Below, piece after piece: positions 45,245-53,492 of a stretch of 64,000 nucleotides of DNA. The position numbers and the translations under genes were made by a program. The DNA comes from Oscillospiraceae bacterium (GTDB lineage Bacteria > Bacillota > Clostridia > Oscillospirales > CAG-272): positions 140,654 to 204,653 of the forward strand of contig SVUK01000006.1 in NCBI GenBank assembly GCA_015063325.1, read 5' to 3'. A model generated the notes under the pieces. That model had not been told where the DNA came from and did not search any database. It saw only the letters and a program-made list of their open reading frames with translations. Each line of letters starts with the position of its first letter. Position 1 is the stretch's first letter.

Positions 45245-45445
45245 GTGAAAAAGACACGTTCCCGGAAGGTCTTTGCGAAAAAGAGACGGATCCCTTGGCT
45301 GAAAGGATCCGGCAAAGCTCCGCGGAATACCACTTTTTTGCCAAATTGCATAAACCCGAAAGAGTGAAACGTTTGGGTGGAACCGTGCGGAATGATCCAC
45401 ACCCCGAACCGACCGAAAAGGTCTGTCGAGGTGTGGATTTTATTT
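45245..45445 (+). ncRNA. T-box riboswitch (Thr) upstream of thrS
   Basis: Stem I AGAGA and GCTGAAAG boxes, candidate specifier ACC at 45329-45331, T-box GGGTGGAACCGTG at 45375-45387, terminator atccacacc/ggtgtggat plus T run. Confidence 0.9.
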
Positions 45446-45522
45446 TTGTAAAAGCTGTATTCATTTTGCAAAAAAACATTCATTTTTGTAAAAACTGTAT
45501 TTATATAAAGGAGAGAACTGCT

Positions 45523-47454
45523 ATGAAAATCAAAATGCAAGGCAAGGAATTGGAGGTCGCGGCGCCAATCACGATTTATGAAGCCGCGCGCGAAGCCGAA
45601 CTCATCTCCCGTGCCGTGATCGGCGCCGAGATCGCCGGCAAAACCGTTGCGCTGACGCAGGAGCTTGCCGAGGGCGACGACGTCAAACTGTTGACCTTTG
45701 CCGACGAAGCCGGCAAACACCTGTTCCGCCATACCGCGTCCCATATTTTGGCGCAGGCAGTCAAACGGCTGTTCCCGAACGCCAAATTGACCATTGGACC
45801 GGCGGTGGAAAACGGATTTTATTACGACATTGATTCGGACGACGCATTTACGCCCGAGGTTTTGAAGAAACTGGAAGACGAGATGAAGAAGATCGTCAAG
45901 GAGAACCTGAAGATCGAGCGCTTTGAACTGCCGCGTGCAGAAGCCGTCAAGCTGATGACCGAGCGCGACGAGCCATATAAAGTACAGCTGATCAATGAAC
46001 TGCCCGAAGGGGAGACAATCAGTTTCTATCGTCAGGGCGAATTTGTCGATCTCTGCGCAGGTCCGCACCTGTTCTCCACGGGCGCTGTCAAGGGGCTGAA
46101 ACTGACGCAATGCACCGGCGCTTACTGGAAGGGCGACCAGAAAAATAAGGTTCTCCAGCGCATCTACGGCGTGGCGTTCCCCTCCAAAGAGGAGCTGAAC
46201 ACCTATCTTGCCGAACAGGAGGAAGCGCTCAAACGCGACCATAACAAACTGGGGCGCGAGCTCGGCTATTTTACCACGGTCGATTTCATCGGTCAAGGCT
46301 TGCCGATCCTGCTTCCCAAAGGTGCGCGTGTGGTACAGCTGTTGCAACGGTGGGTAGAGGACGTGGAGCAAAAGAAGGGCTGTCTGCTCACCAAAACGCC
46401 CTATATGGCAAAGCGCGAACTTTATAAAATCTCCGGTCACTGGGATCATTATTTGGACGGAATGTTTGTCCTCGGCGATCCTGCCGACGAGAGCAAGGAA
46501 TGCTTCGCCCTGCGCCCCATGACCTGCCCGTTCCAATACCAGGTTTATTTGAATAAGAATCGTTCTTACCGCGAGCTTCCCATGCGCCTGACCGAGACGT
46601 CCACGCTCTTCCGCAACGAGGACAGCGGCGAAATGCACGGGCTGATCCGCGTGCGCCAGTTTACCATTTCCGAAGGGCATTATATTCTGCGCCCCGACCA
46701 GCTGGAAGAAGAGTTCCGCGGCTGTTTGGAACTTGCCAAATACTTCCTTGGCACGGTGGGACTGTTGGATAAATGCACCTTCCGCTTCTCGCAATGGGAT
46801 CCGGCAAACCCGAAGAACAAGTATGAGGGCACGAGAGAGCAGTGGGAAGTCGCACAGGCGACCATGGCGCAGATTTTGGACGACCTCGGCGTAGAATACA
46901 CCGTCGGAATCGACGAAGCCGCATTCTACGGTCCGAAGCTGGATATTCAGTACCGCAACGTTTACGGCAAAGAGGATACGCTTGTCACCATTCAGATCGA
47001 TATGCTGCTTGCCGAAAAATTCGGAATGTACTATACCGATAAGGACGGCGAAAAGAAACTGCCGTATATCATTCACCGCACGTCGCTCGGTTGCTACGAG
47101 CGCACGCTTGCCTACCTGATCGAGACCTACGCCGGCGCGTTTCCGCTTTGGCTGGCGCCCGAACAGGTACGCATTCTGCCCATCGGCGACGAGCATATCG
47201 AGTATGCCAAAAAGCTGCAAAAACAGCTTGACGACGCCGGTTTGCGCGTAGAGCTGGACGATAGCTCCAACACCATCGGCTATAAGATCCGCAACGCGCA
47301 AACGCAAAAAATTCCCTATATGCTTGTTATCGGAGCAAAGGAAATGGAAACCGGAACGGTTGCCGTTCGCAACCGCGCAGGGGAAACGGTCACCAAATCG
47401 GTGGACGAATTCCTTGCCGACGCGCTTTTGGAAATTGCCGAAAAGCGGCGGTAA
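45523..47454 (+). CDS. thrS: Threonine--tRNA ligase
   Basis: TGS domain, FRHTASHILAQAV, DLCAGPH, RDHNKLG, RPMTCP, HGLIRVRQFT, AFYGPKLD, IHR. Start 45523 after AAGGAG. Confidence 0.98.
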   Translation: MKIKMQGKELEVAAPITIYEAAREAELISRAVIGAEIAGKTVALTQELAEGDDVKLLTFADEAGKHLFRHTASHILAQAVKRLFPNAKLTIGPAVENGFYYDIDSDDAFTPEVLKKLEDEMKKIVKENLKIERFELPRAEAVKLMTERDEPYKVQLINELPEGETISFYRQGEFVDLCAGPHLFSTGAVKGLKLTQCTGAYWKGDQKNKVLQRIYGVAFPSKEELNTYLAEQEEALKRDHNKLGRELGYFTTVDFIGQGLPILLPKGARVVQLLQRWVEDVEQKKGCLLTKTPYMAKRELYKISGHWDHYLDGMFVLGDPADESKECFALRPMTCPFQYQVYLNKNRSYRELPMRLTETSTLFRNEDSGEMHGLIRVRQFTISEGHYILRPDQLEEEFRGCLELAKYFLGTVGLLDKCTFRFSQWDPANPKNKYEGTREQWEVAQATMAQILDDLGVEYTVGIDEAAFYGPKLDIQYRNVYGKEDTLVTIQIDMLLAEKFGMYYTDKDGEKKLPYIIHRTSLGCYERTLAYLIETYAGAFPLWLAPEQVRILPIGDEHIEYAKKLQKQLDDAGLRVELDDSSNTIGYKIRNAQTQKIPYMLVIGAKEMETGTVAVRNRAGETVTKSVDEFLADALLEIAEKRR

Positions 47455-47462
47455 AATTACTA

Positions 47463-47510
47463 AAACAAGCAGAGCCGACCTGCGAGGCAGGTCGGCTCTG
47501 CTTGTTTTTA
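47463..47510. terminator. Bidirectional terminator after thrS
   Basis: aaaacaagcagagccgacctgc-ga-ggcaggtcggctctgcttgtttt long inverted repeat. Confidence 0.9.
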
Positions 47511-47526
47511 TCAAAAGGGATTCTTG

Positions 47527-47961
47527 TCAAAACTCCCAAAAACTCGTTCCGGTTTCGGGGTCGCGTTTTCTGCCGATCTTGCCGCCGGTCACCGGGCGCA
47601 GTTCGATTTCGGCGGTGTAGAGCACTGTGACCGATTTGATATGTCCGCCTGCCATTTGGTGCTTTCCGTTTTCCAAGTAGGCAAAGGCGCCGTGCGTATG
47701 GTGGGAGAGAGATTCGTCGGATTCGATCGTCACGCTTCCGTTCAGCGAGACCAGTTCCAGCATTCCCGAAAGTTCACGGGTTTCAAAGGTGCGGCTTTCC
47801 GGCAAAAAGGTTTGAATTTCGGCGCTTTTGCAACCGCCGATACCCGAAAAAATTGCCGATTGGATGTTTTCGCGCCGGCATACCTCCAGAATACCGCCGA
47901 TGATCTCGTCATCTTTGTCCATGCGGAGATAATAGGTGTTGTCAAATTTTCTGTAGTCCAT
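47527..47961 (-). CDS. PPC / DUF296 domain protein
   Basis: YYLRMDKDDEI, SGIGG, ELVSLNGSV, HTHGAF, GGHI..VTV.YTAEI. Confidence 0.85.
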   Translation of the reverse strand: MDYRKFDNTYYLRMDKDDEIIGGILEVCRRENIQSAIFSGIGGCKSAEIQTFLPESRTFETRELSGMLELVSLNGSVTIESDESLSHHTHGAFAYLENGKHQMAGGHIKSVTVLYTAEIELRPVTGGKIGRKRDPETGTSFWEF

Positions 47962-47965
47962 TTTT

Positions 47966-48050
47966 ACCCCTTTTTTTATGTTTTTTTATGTTTTACAGCA
48001 TTTTACGGCATTTTACGGTTTTTTACGGCATTTACATGTTTTTACAGTTC
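47966..48050 (-). repeat. 10-bp-period tandem repeat (TTTTACGGCA on +) continuing from the phosphorylase stop codon
   Basis: ttttacagca ttttacggca ttttacggtt ttttacggca tttacatgtt tttacag. Confidence 0.9.
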
Positions 48051-48815
48051 TTTCACGGCTTCTATGCAAAGCTCCAGCGCGACGTTGATCGAATCGGCGC
48101 CCCAGTCGCGCTCGTCATAGCGTTCAACGTCGGCAAGTGTGTCGGCGGTGTAGAGCAGTTCGCCAAAGGTCGCGCCGCGGAAGTGCGCGCAAGCCGCTAA
48201 AGCGGCGCATTCCATTTCCACTGCGGCACAGCCCTCTTCTTTGCGGTATGCCACCATTTCTTTGGTCTCGCGAAAGAATCCGTCGGTCGTCCATGTCGTC
48301 ACCTCTGTAAAGGGAAGCCCGCGGTTTTTCAGTGCTTTCCGAATGGCGGCGCGTGCTGTTTCGGGAATTTCCACGTAACGGTCGGGCGGCAGATAATGAT
48401 AGGATGTTCCCTCGTCTCTCAATGCGCGCGAGGGGATCAAAAATCGATTTTCGTCAAACTTTTCCAAAACGCCGCAGGAGCCGCAGGAAATGATTTTCCG
48501 GGCGCCGTAGGCAATCAGCCAGTCCAGAATTTGTACCGCGGCAGGCGCGCCAACAGGTGCTTGTACAAGGGCAATTTGCTTGCCGTCCGCCTCTGTGGTA
48601 TATACGGGATATTCTTTGGTGATCGAAACGAATTTGCCGGCGATTTTTGCGCCGTGCGCCTTTGCATAATCGTCCACCGCCTCGCCCAAAAAGGCGAAGA
48701 CTGCACGCTCGGGCAGGCGCAGGGACAAAAGGTGCCGTTCGTGGTCAGGTTGAATGACCGCCGATGGGGAAGAATCGTATTCCAAAATTGGAAGTTCGTG
48801 CTTTGTAATGCTCAT
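48042..48815 (-). CDS. Nucleoside phosphorylase (PNP/UDP family)
   Basis: APVGAPAA, SCGSCG, ALRDEGTSYHY, WTTDGFFRET, VEMECAALAA. Confidence 0.9.
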   Translation of the reverse strand: MSITKHELPILEYDSSPSAVIQPDHERHLLSLRLPERAVFAFLGEAVDDYAKAHGAKIAGKFVSITKEYPVYTTEADGKQIALVQAPVGAPAAVQILDWLIAYGARKIISCGSCGVLEKFDENRFLIPSRALRDEGTSYHYLPPDRYVEIPETARAAIRKALKNRGLPFTEVTTWTTDGFFRETKEMVAYRKEEGCAAVEMECAALAACAHFRGATFGELLYTADTLADVERYDERDWGADSINVALELCIEAVKEL

Positions 48816-48827
48816 CGTAACCTCTTT

Positions 48828-49352
48828 TCAAATGGTGATCCAATAGCGCTGTTCCACAACGCCCTCGGAGTTGACGATCTCGTTTTCCATAATGCCGCCG
48901 TTCTTTTGAATACACTTTGCCGAGGCAAGATTATCTTTGTCACATGTGATCAAAACCTTGTCGATTCCCAGTTTTTTGCATTCCGACAGAGCAAGCCGGA
49001 GCAGTTCGGTTCCGTAGCCTTTTCCGCGTTCCGAAGGACGAATACCATCGCCGATATGACCGCCCTCGCGTAACAGGAAATCGTTCAGGTAATGGCGGAT
49101 GTTGACCGCGCCCAAAAGGCGATTTCGGTCAATGTCCAAGAGGAAAAAGACCGAATCGGGCACCTTATCGCCCTCGGCGGTTTGGTGTTCCAAATGCGCA
49201 AGATAAAAGTCAAAATCGCGGTAATCGTTTTTGAAAATTGCCCAGGGGGAGTGGTTGGTGCCGTTGGTTTCCCAATCGGCTCGCCACTCGGCAAGCATTT
49301 CGCCCAACTGCGTTTCGTATGCTTTTGATAGTTTGATCAATTTCAGGTTCAT
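48828..49352 (-). CDS. GNAT-family N-acetyltransferase
   Basis: NIRHYLN..L..GGHIGDGIRPSERGKGYGT, LITCDKDNLASAKCI.KNGG. Confidence 0.92.
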   Translation of the reverse strand: MNLKLIKLSKAYETQLGEMLAEWRADWETNGTNHSPWAIFKNDYRDFDFYLAHLEHQTAEGDKVPDSVFFLLDIDRNRLLGAVNIRHYLNDFLLREGGHIGDGIRPSERGKGYGTELLRLALSECKKLGIDKVLITCDKDNLASAKCIQKNGGIMENEIVNSEGVVEQRYWITI

Positions 49353-49371
49353 GATAAACTCTCTATTGCTT

Positions 49372-49830
49372 TTATTTGTGTTCTTCCATCCATTTTTTCA
49401 GAACGGGACGAATGGGGGGTGAGATTTCGGAAAGGTCAATTTCTTCGAGAGAAAAGAAGCGCAATTCTTCCATTTCTCCGTCTGCCGGGTGGGGAATACC
49501 GTGCCATTTTTTGCAAATAAATATAAGTTCAAAATTGGAGACTTCGTCGCCGTTTGGATAGACGTAATGGGCTTCTGGACCGGAATTGACGAAGAAAAAT
49601 TGCAGCTCTTCGGCAATCAGACCCATTTCTTCAAAGAGCTCTCGTTTGGCGCAGTCCTCAACGCGCTCATCAATCTCAAGAGAACCGCCGGAATATCCCC
49701 ATTTGTGGTTGTCAGAACGCTTTCCTAATAATACGCGTCCGTGTTCGTCAAGACAAATAATACTTGCCGCGCATTGGATGAGCGTTCGATGTCCCACGAG
49801 TTTTCGCATTTCCTGCATATATCCTGTCAT
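49372..49830 (-). CDS. NUDIX hydrolase
   Basis: Nudix box GGSLEIDERVEDCAKRELFEEMG; YPNGDEV. Confidence 0.92.
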   Translation of the reverse strand: MTGYMQEMRKLVGHRTLIQCAASIICLDEHGRVLLGKRSDNHKWGYSGGSLEIDERVEDCAKRELFEEMGLIAEELQFFFVNSGPEAHYVYPNGDEVSNFELIFICKKWHGIPHPADGEMEELRFFSLEEIDLSEISPPIRPVLKKWMEEHK

Positions 49831-49899
49831 CACTGTTTCTCCGTATCTTTTTTGTCAGTATAACATAAAAATGTGATTTTTTCAATCTTTGGCAAGGAA

Positions 49900-50134
49900 A
49901 AAGCCCCCGACGGGGCAAGAGACGAGTGATATTGCCGCTTTCAGCGGCAGTTTACACAGATCAGCCCACAGGGCTGTATCTTATCACGCCGTAGGCACGG
50001 ATATCATCAATTCCGCAGGAATTGTATCTCATCATTGCGAAAGCAAAAATGCACCTTCGGTGATGAGAGCATGCTGACGCGTGATGATATACCCCTTGTG
50101 GGGAATGATATGCTATTGCTTTCGCAATGAATAC
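49900..50134. repeat. Nested multi-hairpin palindromic element (REP-like or structured ncRNA) 3' of tRNA-Arg
   Basis: At least eight short hairpins joined by TATC(T)CATCA / TGATGA(T/G)A linkers that pair with one another (50027-34 with 50061-68; 50001-09 with 50082-90). Confidence 0.75.
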
Positions 50135-50168
50135 AAAAAGTCCAAGCCGATTGGCTTGGACTTTTTGT
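50133..50168 (-). terminator. Terminator after tRNA-Arg
   Basis: 16-bp perfect inverted repeat acaaaaagtccaagcc-gatt-ggcttggactttttgt. Confidence 0.9.
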
Positions 50169-50244
50169 GGCGCGGCGTAAGGGATTCGAACCCCCGACCT
50201 TTTGGTTCGTAGCCAAACACTCTATCCAGCTGAGCTAACGCCGC
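50168..50244 (-). tRNA. tRNA-Arg (anticodon ACG), CCA encoded
   Basis: gcggcgttagctcagctggatagagtgtttggctACGaaccaaaaggtcgggggttcgaatcccttacgccgcgcca folds as a 77-nt cloverleaf. Confidence 0.98.
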
Positions 50245-50262
50245 ATTTTTTCGTACCCATAT

Positions 50263-50291
50263 ATTCTATCACAAAGAAGAAGTTTTGTCAA
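50263..50291 (-). promoter_or_regulatory. SigA promoter for tRNA-Arg
   Basis: Minus strand TTGACA-17 nt-TAGAAT with extended -10 TG. Confidence 0.8.
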
Positions 50292-50327
50292 CCCTTTTTT
50301 AGGAAAAATTTCATCTTTTTTGGAGGA

Positions 50328-50388
50328 AAAAAACAGGAACGAAAAAACGAAAAAACGAAAAAACGAAGAAACGAAGAAACGAAGAAAT
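50328..50388. repeat. 8-bp-period microsatellite (ACGAAAAA / ACGAAGAA) downstream of hslO
   Basis: acgaaaaa x3 then acgaagaa x3. Confidence 0.9.
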
Positions 50389-50399
50389 TCAAGGCGCTA

Positions 50400-51290
50400 T
50401 TAAAACATATTGTCAATATCGGCTCGTGTGTAGTATTGCTTTTTATTACAGAACCGACAGTTGACCTCCAACCTTTCCGGCTTGCCTTCACGAACTTGCT
50501 CGGAAAGCATTTTGAGGAGTTCTTCTTTTCCCAGCGTAATGAGTGCTTTTGTAGTGCGCTCGCGACTGCAATTACAGCGATAGGAAACGTCCAATTCGTC
50601 AAAAATATTAAACGGAATATCGCGCAGGGCAATATTTGCAATTTTTTCAAGCGATTTTCCCTCGTCAAACAAACGGGAAATGTTGGAAAGCTCTTTCGCG
50701 TTGCGCTCCACAAGGTCGATCACTTTGGGATCGGGAAAGGGAAGAAGCTGTAAAATCAAACCGCCTGCCGCGCGGCAGGAGCCGTCGGTGTCGATCAGAA
50801 CACCAAGCGCGCAAACGGTTGGTACCTGCTCGCTTTGGGCAAAATACGCCGCAATATCCTCGGCGATTTCGCCTGAAACGAGCGGAATGGAGCCATTGTA
50901 AGGCTCCTCGCCGCCGGTATCGCGGATGATGGTCAAAAGACCTCTGCCAACCGCGCCGCCAACGTCCAGCTTGCCGTTGGATTTGAGGGGCAGATCGACC
51001 GCCGGATTTTGAATGTATCCGCGCACGTTGCCAAGATAGTCCGAAACGGCGATCACCCGACCTGCAGGACCGTCGCCGCCCAGTGAAACGGTAATGCTGT
51101 CGGTCTTTTCTCCCAGCATACAACCCATCATAGAGGTTGCCGTTAAAAGCCGACCGAGCGTTGCCGACGCAGTGGGCGAGGTGTGATGATATTGAATTGC
51201 CTGATTGACGATTGCGGTGGAATCAATGACATGAATGCGCGCACTGCCGTCGGCGGTCATGGCGCGCAGAATCGTAGAAACGGATTTCAT
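50400..51290 (-). CDS. hslO: Hsp33 redox-regulated chaperone
   Basis: [47 protein letters not shown], Zn switch CNCS...CRFC. Confidence 0.97.
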   Translation of the reverse strand: MKSVSTILRAMTADGSARIHVIDSTAIVNQAIQYHHTSPTASATLGRLLTATSMMGCMLGEKTDSITVSLGGDGPAGRVIAVSDYLGNVRGYIQNPAVDLPLKSNGKLDVGGAVGRGLLTIIRDTGGEEPYNGSIPLVSGEIAEDIAAYFAQSEQVPTVCALGVLIDTDGSCRAAGGLILQLLPFPDPKVIDLVERNAKELSNISRLFDEGKSLEKIANIALRDIPFNIFDELDVSYRCNCSRERTTKALITLGKEELLKMLSEQVREGKPERLEVNCRFCNKKQYYTRADIDNMF

Positions 51291-51301
51291 AATTCTTCCT
51301 T

Positions 51302-52078
51302 TCAGGATTTTTTAGCGCGAGCGGCAAAATACCAGCGCTCGGCGGTTTTCGTAGGGGCGGAAAATTGATAATCGGCAAATACGCCGAGAATTTCAAAACC
51401 GGATTTTTCCAAGGCGGTTTTCAGCTCATCCATCGAATAGCAGCGCTCCTGCTGATGTTCAGCCGAGCGAAAATATGAACCGTCCGGTTGTTCCTCAAAC
51501 AGGGAAAGGTCAAAGTCGCAAATTCGGGTCGTTTTGTCGTAGCAGTTTTGCCATCCGCAGTAAATATTTTTGGCATTTTTGCCTTTGCCGAAAGAATCCT
51601 CTAAAATATAGGCGTTTTGACCGTAAATCGTTTCAAATTTGTAGGGCGTGTTGACATCGAACAGGAAAAGTCCGTCGGGGTCGAGATAGTTATGAACAAG
51701 AGAGAAACACGCGGTAAGATCCTTTTCGGTCAGCAGATAGTTTACACTGTCGAGACAGCAGGTCACAGCGCCCACTGTGCCATAGAGTTCGAAAGAACGC
51801 ATATCCTGTAAAAGATAGAGAATGCCCTTGCGTTCTTTTTGGCAAGCTTCGGATAGCATTTCAGCGCTTCCGTCAATACCGATCATATCGTAGCCGCGTC
51901 CGGAAAGCTCACGCGTCATGCGACCGGTTCCGCAGGCAAGATCAAGGACCAAAGAAGGACGACCGGATAGGTATTTTTGAAAGCAGGACTCAATAAAATC
52001 CGCCCAAGACGCATAGTCGATCTCTTCTCCCAAACGCTCGTAAACGGGGGCGAGCGCCGAATAACCTTCACAACCCAT
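51302..52078 (-). CDS. Class I SAM-dependent methyltransferase
   Basis: [49 protein letters not shown]. Confidence 0.93.
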   Translation of the reverse strand: MGCEGYSALAPVYERLGEEIDYASWADFIESCFQKYLSGRPSLVLDLACGTGRMTRELSGRGYDMIGIDGSAEMLSEACQKERKGILYLLQDMRSFELYGTVGAVTCCLDSVNYLLTEKDLTACFSLVHNYLDPDGLFLFDVNTPYKFETIYGQNAYILEDSFGKGKNAKNIYCGWQNCYDKTTRICDFDLSLFEEQPDGSYFRSAEHQQERCYSMDELKTALEKSGFEILGVFADYQFSAPTKTAERWYFAARAKKS

Positions 52079-52171
52079 AGCAGTCCTCCTTTTTTAACAA
52101 TGCTTTAAACAATACAAAAAATCTAATACCCAGTATAACACGAACGAGGGAAAAAGTAAAGAGAAAACAAT

Positions 52172-52202
52172 AAAAAAGGGATCTGTAAAGATCCCTTTTT
52201 TA
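52172..52202 (-). terminator. Terminator after rnpB
   Basis: aaaaaaagggatct-gtaa-agatccctttttt. Confidence 0.85.
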
Positions 52203-52204
52203 TT

Positions 52205-52556
52205 GGGCCGACCTGTAAGCCGGGTTCTGTCGGGAACGGTCATCAATCTGCGCGTTCCGTTGCCGGAAACGCTTCGGAGATGTTCTCTCCGTGCCACCCC
52301 GGAGCAAATGCCGGACAAAGCACTCCTTGGGGTGTTGCTTCGGATAGGGTTTACAGCGGACCTATGTTGCCATAGGAACGGGTGAGCTCTTACCTCGCCT
52401 TTCCATCCTTACCGCTTGTGCGGCGGTTTGTTTCTGTTGCACTTTCCCGGTGGTTACCCACGGCGGACGTTATCCGTTATCCTTGTCCTGTGAAGCCCGG
52501 ACTTTCCTCACGGTAATACCTTACGGCGCCATACCGCGCGACCGTTCGATCGACCC
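52205..52556 (-). ncRNA. rnpB: RNase P RNA (type A)
   Basis: Minus strand has GAGGAAAGTCCGGGC, GAAAGTGCAACAGAAAC, GGTAAGGATGGAAAGGCG, GAGCAAGA-like and ACAGAACCCGGCTTACAG hallmark motifs. Confidence 0.97.
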
Positions 52557-52563
52557 GAACAGC

Positions 52564-52592
52564 ATTTTACCATAAATTTGTGCTCTTGTCAA
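52564..52592 (-). promoter_or_regulatory. SigA promoter for rnpB
   Basis: TTGACA-17 nt-TAAAAT with extended -10 TG. Confidence 0.8.
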
Positions 52593-52595
52593 GAA

Positions 52596-53255
52596 TCAGA
52601 GCGTTTCTTTTTGAATTTGCGGAATTCTGGAAACGGCAACTGCGGCAATCGACGTCAGAATGATCTCCGGAATCATGTATAGTCCATTGTAAACGATGGA
52701 ATATAACAGCGCCAGTCCTGCGCCGGAAAAGGTGTTCAAAATCGTTTTTCCAAGCCAGAGTCCTTCCTGCCCGAAAAACCATTCCGCCCATGCGCCGTAA
52801 AAGATGAAGCCGGACAGAATGTGCACCAGGTAGGAAAGCGTCAATGCAAAAATCGAACCCAGGCAAAGCGCCCCTGTTTTTTTGAAGCGCTTGCGGAACA
52901 GTCCGCCAAGACCGAGGACTGTGTAGGCGACAAGGTAGTCCAAAAGAATGATCCAAACGGCGGCGGTGTAGCCCATAAAATCGTCGGATGCCGGCGTAAA
53001 CAAGGCAAGCACCGTTTTCCCTTGAATCAGGCTGATCAGAATTTGAATGACCGAATAGACGAACGCGGTCAGCGTTCCCCAACCGACCCCGTACATATAG
53101 GCAACGATGATGATCGGCAGCATACTTGCAATGGTAAATCCGCCGCCGAAGGGCAGATTCAAAAAGGGAATCAGATCGCAAACGATCGCAATGGCGGCGG
53201 CAATGGCGACCATCATTGCCGAAACGATCAGGCGTTTTGTTTTTTCGCGTTGCAT
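52596..53255 (-). CDS. thiT: ECF transporter S-component for thiamine (ThiT)
   Basis: LPFGGGFTIASMLPI, G.GWG, LDYLVAYTVLGLGG, HILSGFIFY, YSIVYNGLY; TPP riboswitch upstream. Confidence 0.92.
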   Translation of the reverse strand: MQREKTKRLIVSAMMVAIAAAIAIVCDLIPFLNLPFGGGFTIASMLPIIIVAYMYGVGWGTLTAFVYSVIQILISLIQGKTVLALFTPASDDFMGYTAAVWIILLDYLVAYTVLGLGGLFRKRFKKTGALCLGSIFALTLSYLVHILSGFIFYGAWAEWFFGQEGLWLGKTILNTFSGAGLALLYSIVYNGLYMIPEIILTSIAAVAVSRIPQIQKETL

Positions 53256-53274
53256 AAAGGACCTCCCGGGTATC

Positions 53275-53310
53275 AAAAATTGACCGCACGAATCGTCGCG
53301 CGGTCAAATG
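53275..53310 (-). terminator. Riboswitch expression-platform terminator
   Basis: Minus strand atttgaccgcgcgacgattcgtgcggtcaa-ttttt. Confidence 0.8.
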
Positions 53311-53335
53311 GTCGGAACGGCAGTTCCGTTTCAAA

Positions 53336-53420
53336 ATCTCCCTACGCCGGCATTATCCGTATCAGGTTCATGGGTTTGGTTTGCACCATCTCAGCCGTTT
53401 GCACAGCACCCCCGATTTAT
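53336..53420 (-). ncRNA. TPP riboswitch
   Basis: GGGGTGC...GCTGAGA...ACCC.TGAACCTGAT.CGGATAATGCCGGCGTAGGGA on the minus strand. Confidence 0.96.
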
Positions 53421-53436
53421 GCGGTTTTCAGTTGAG

Positions 53437-53465
53437 ATTATAGCACCGATAGTTTCCGATGTCAA
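53437..53465 (-). promoter_or_regulatory. SigA promoter for TPP riboswitch-thiT
   Basis: Perfect TTGACA-17 nt-TATAAT. Confidence 0.9.
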
Positions 53466-53492
53466 GTCTTTTTTTTCAAAAAAACGAAAATG

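Noticed and set aside
45232-47514. 760-aa antisense ORF opposite thrS (likewise 59234-62119 opposite ppdK, 14604-15785, 17102-18061 and others)
   Set aside because: Shadow ORFs from biased codon usage of highly expressed genes. They have no RBS or protein motifs, and the opposite strand holds an unambiguous conserved gene.
50007-50216. Small ORFs across the hairpin element and tRNA (49889-50077, 50007-50216, 50202-50753)
   Set aside because: They overlap the tRNA, terminator and palindromes, have no RBS, and show no protein-like features.
47463-50244. Integrative element or prophage at tRNA-Arg
   Set aside because: No integrase, phage or conjugation genes, and no second copy of the tRNA 3' end (att duplication) near thrS. 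Kept only as a possible islet.
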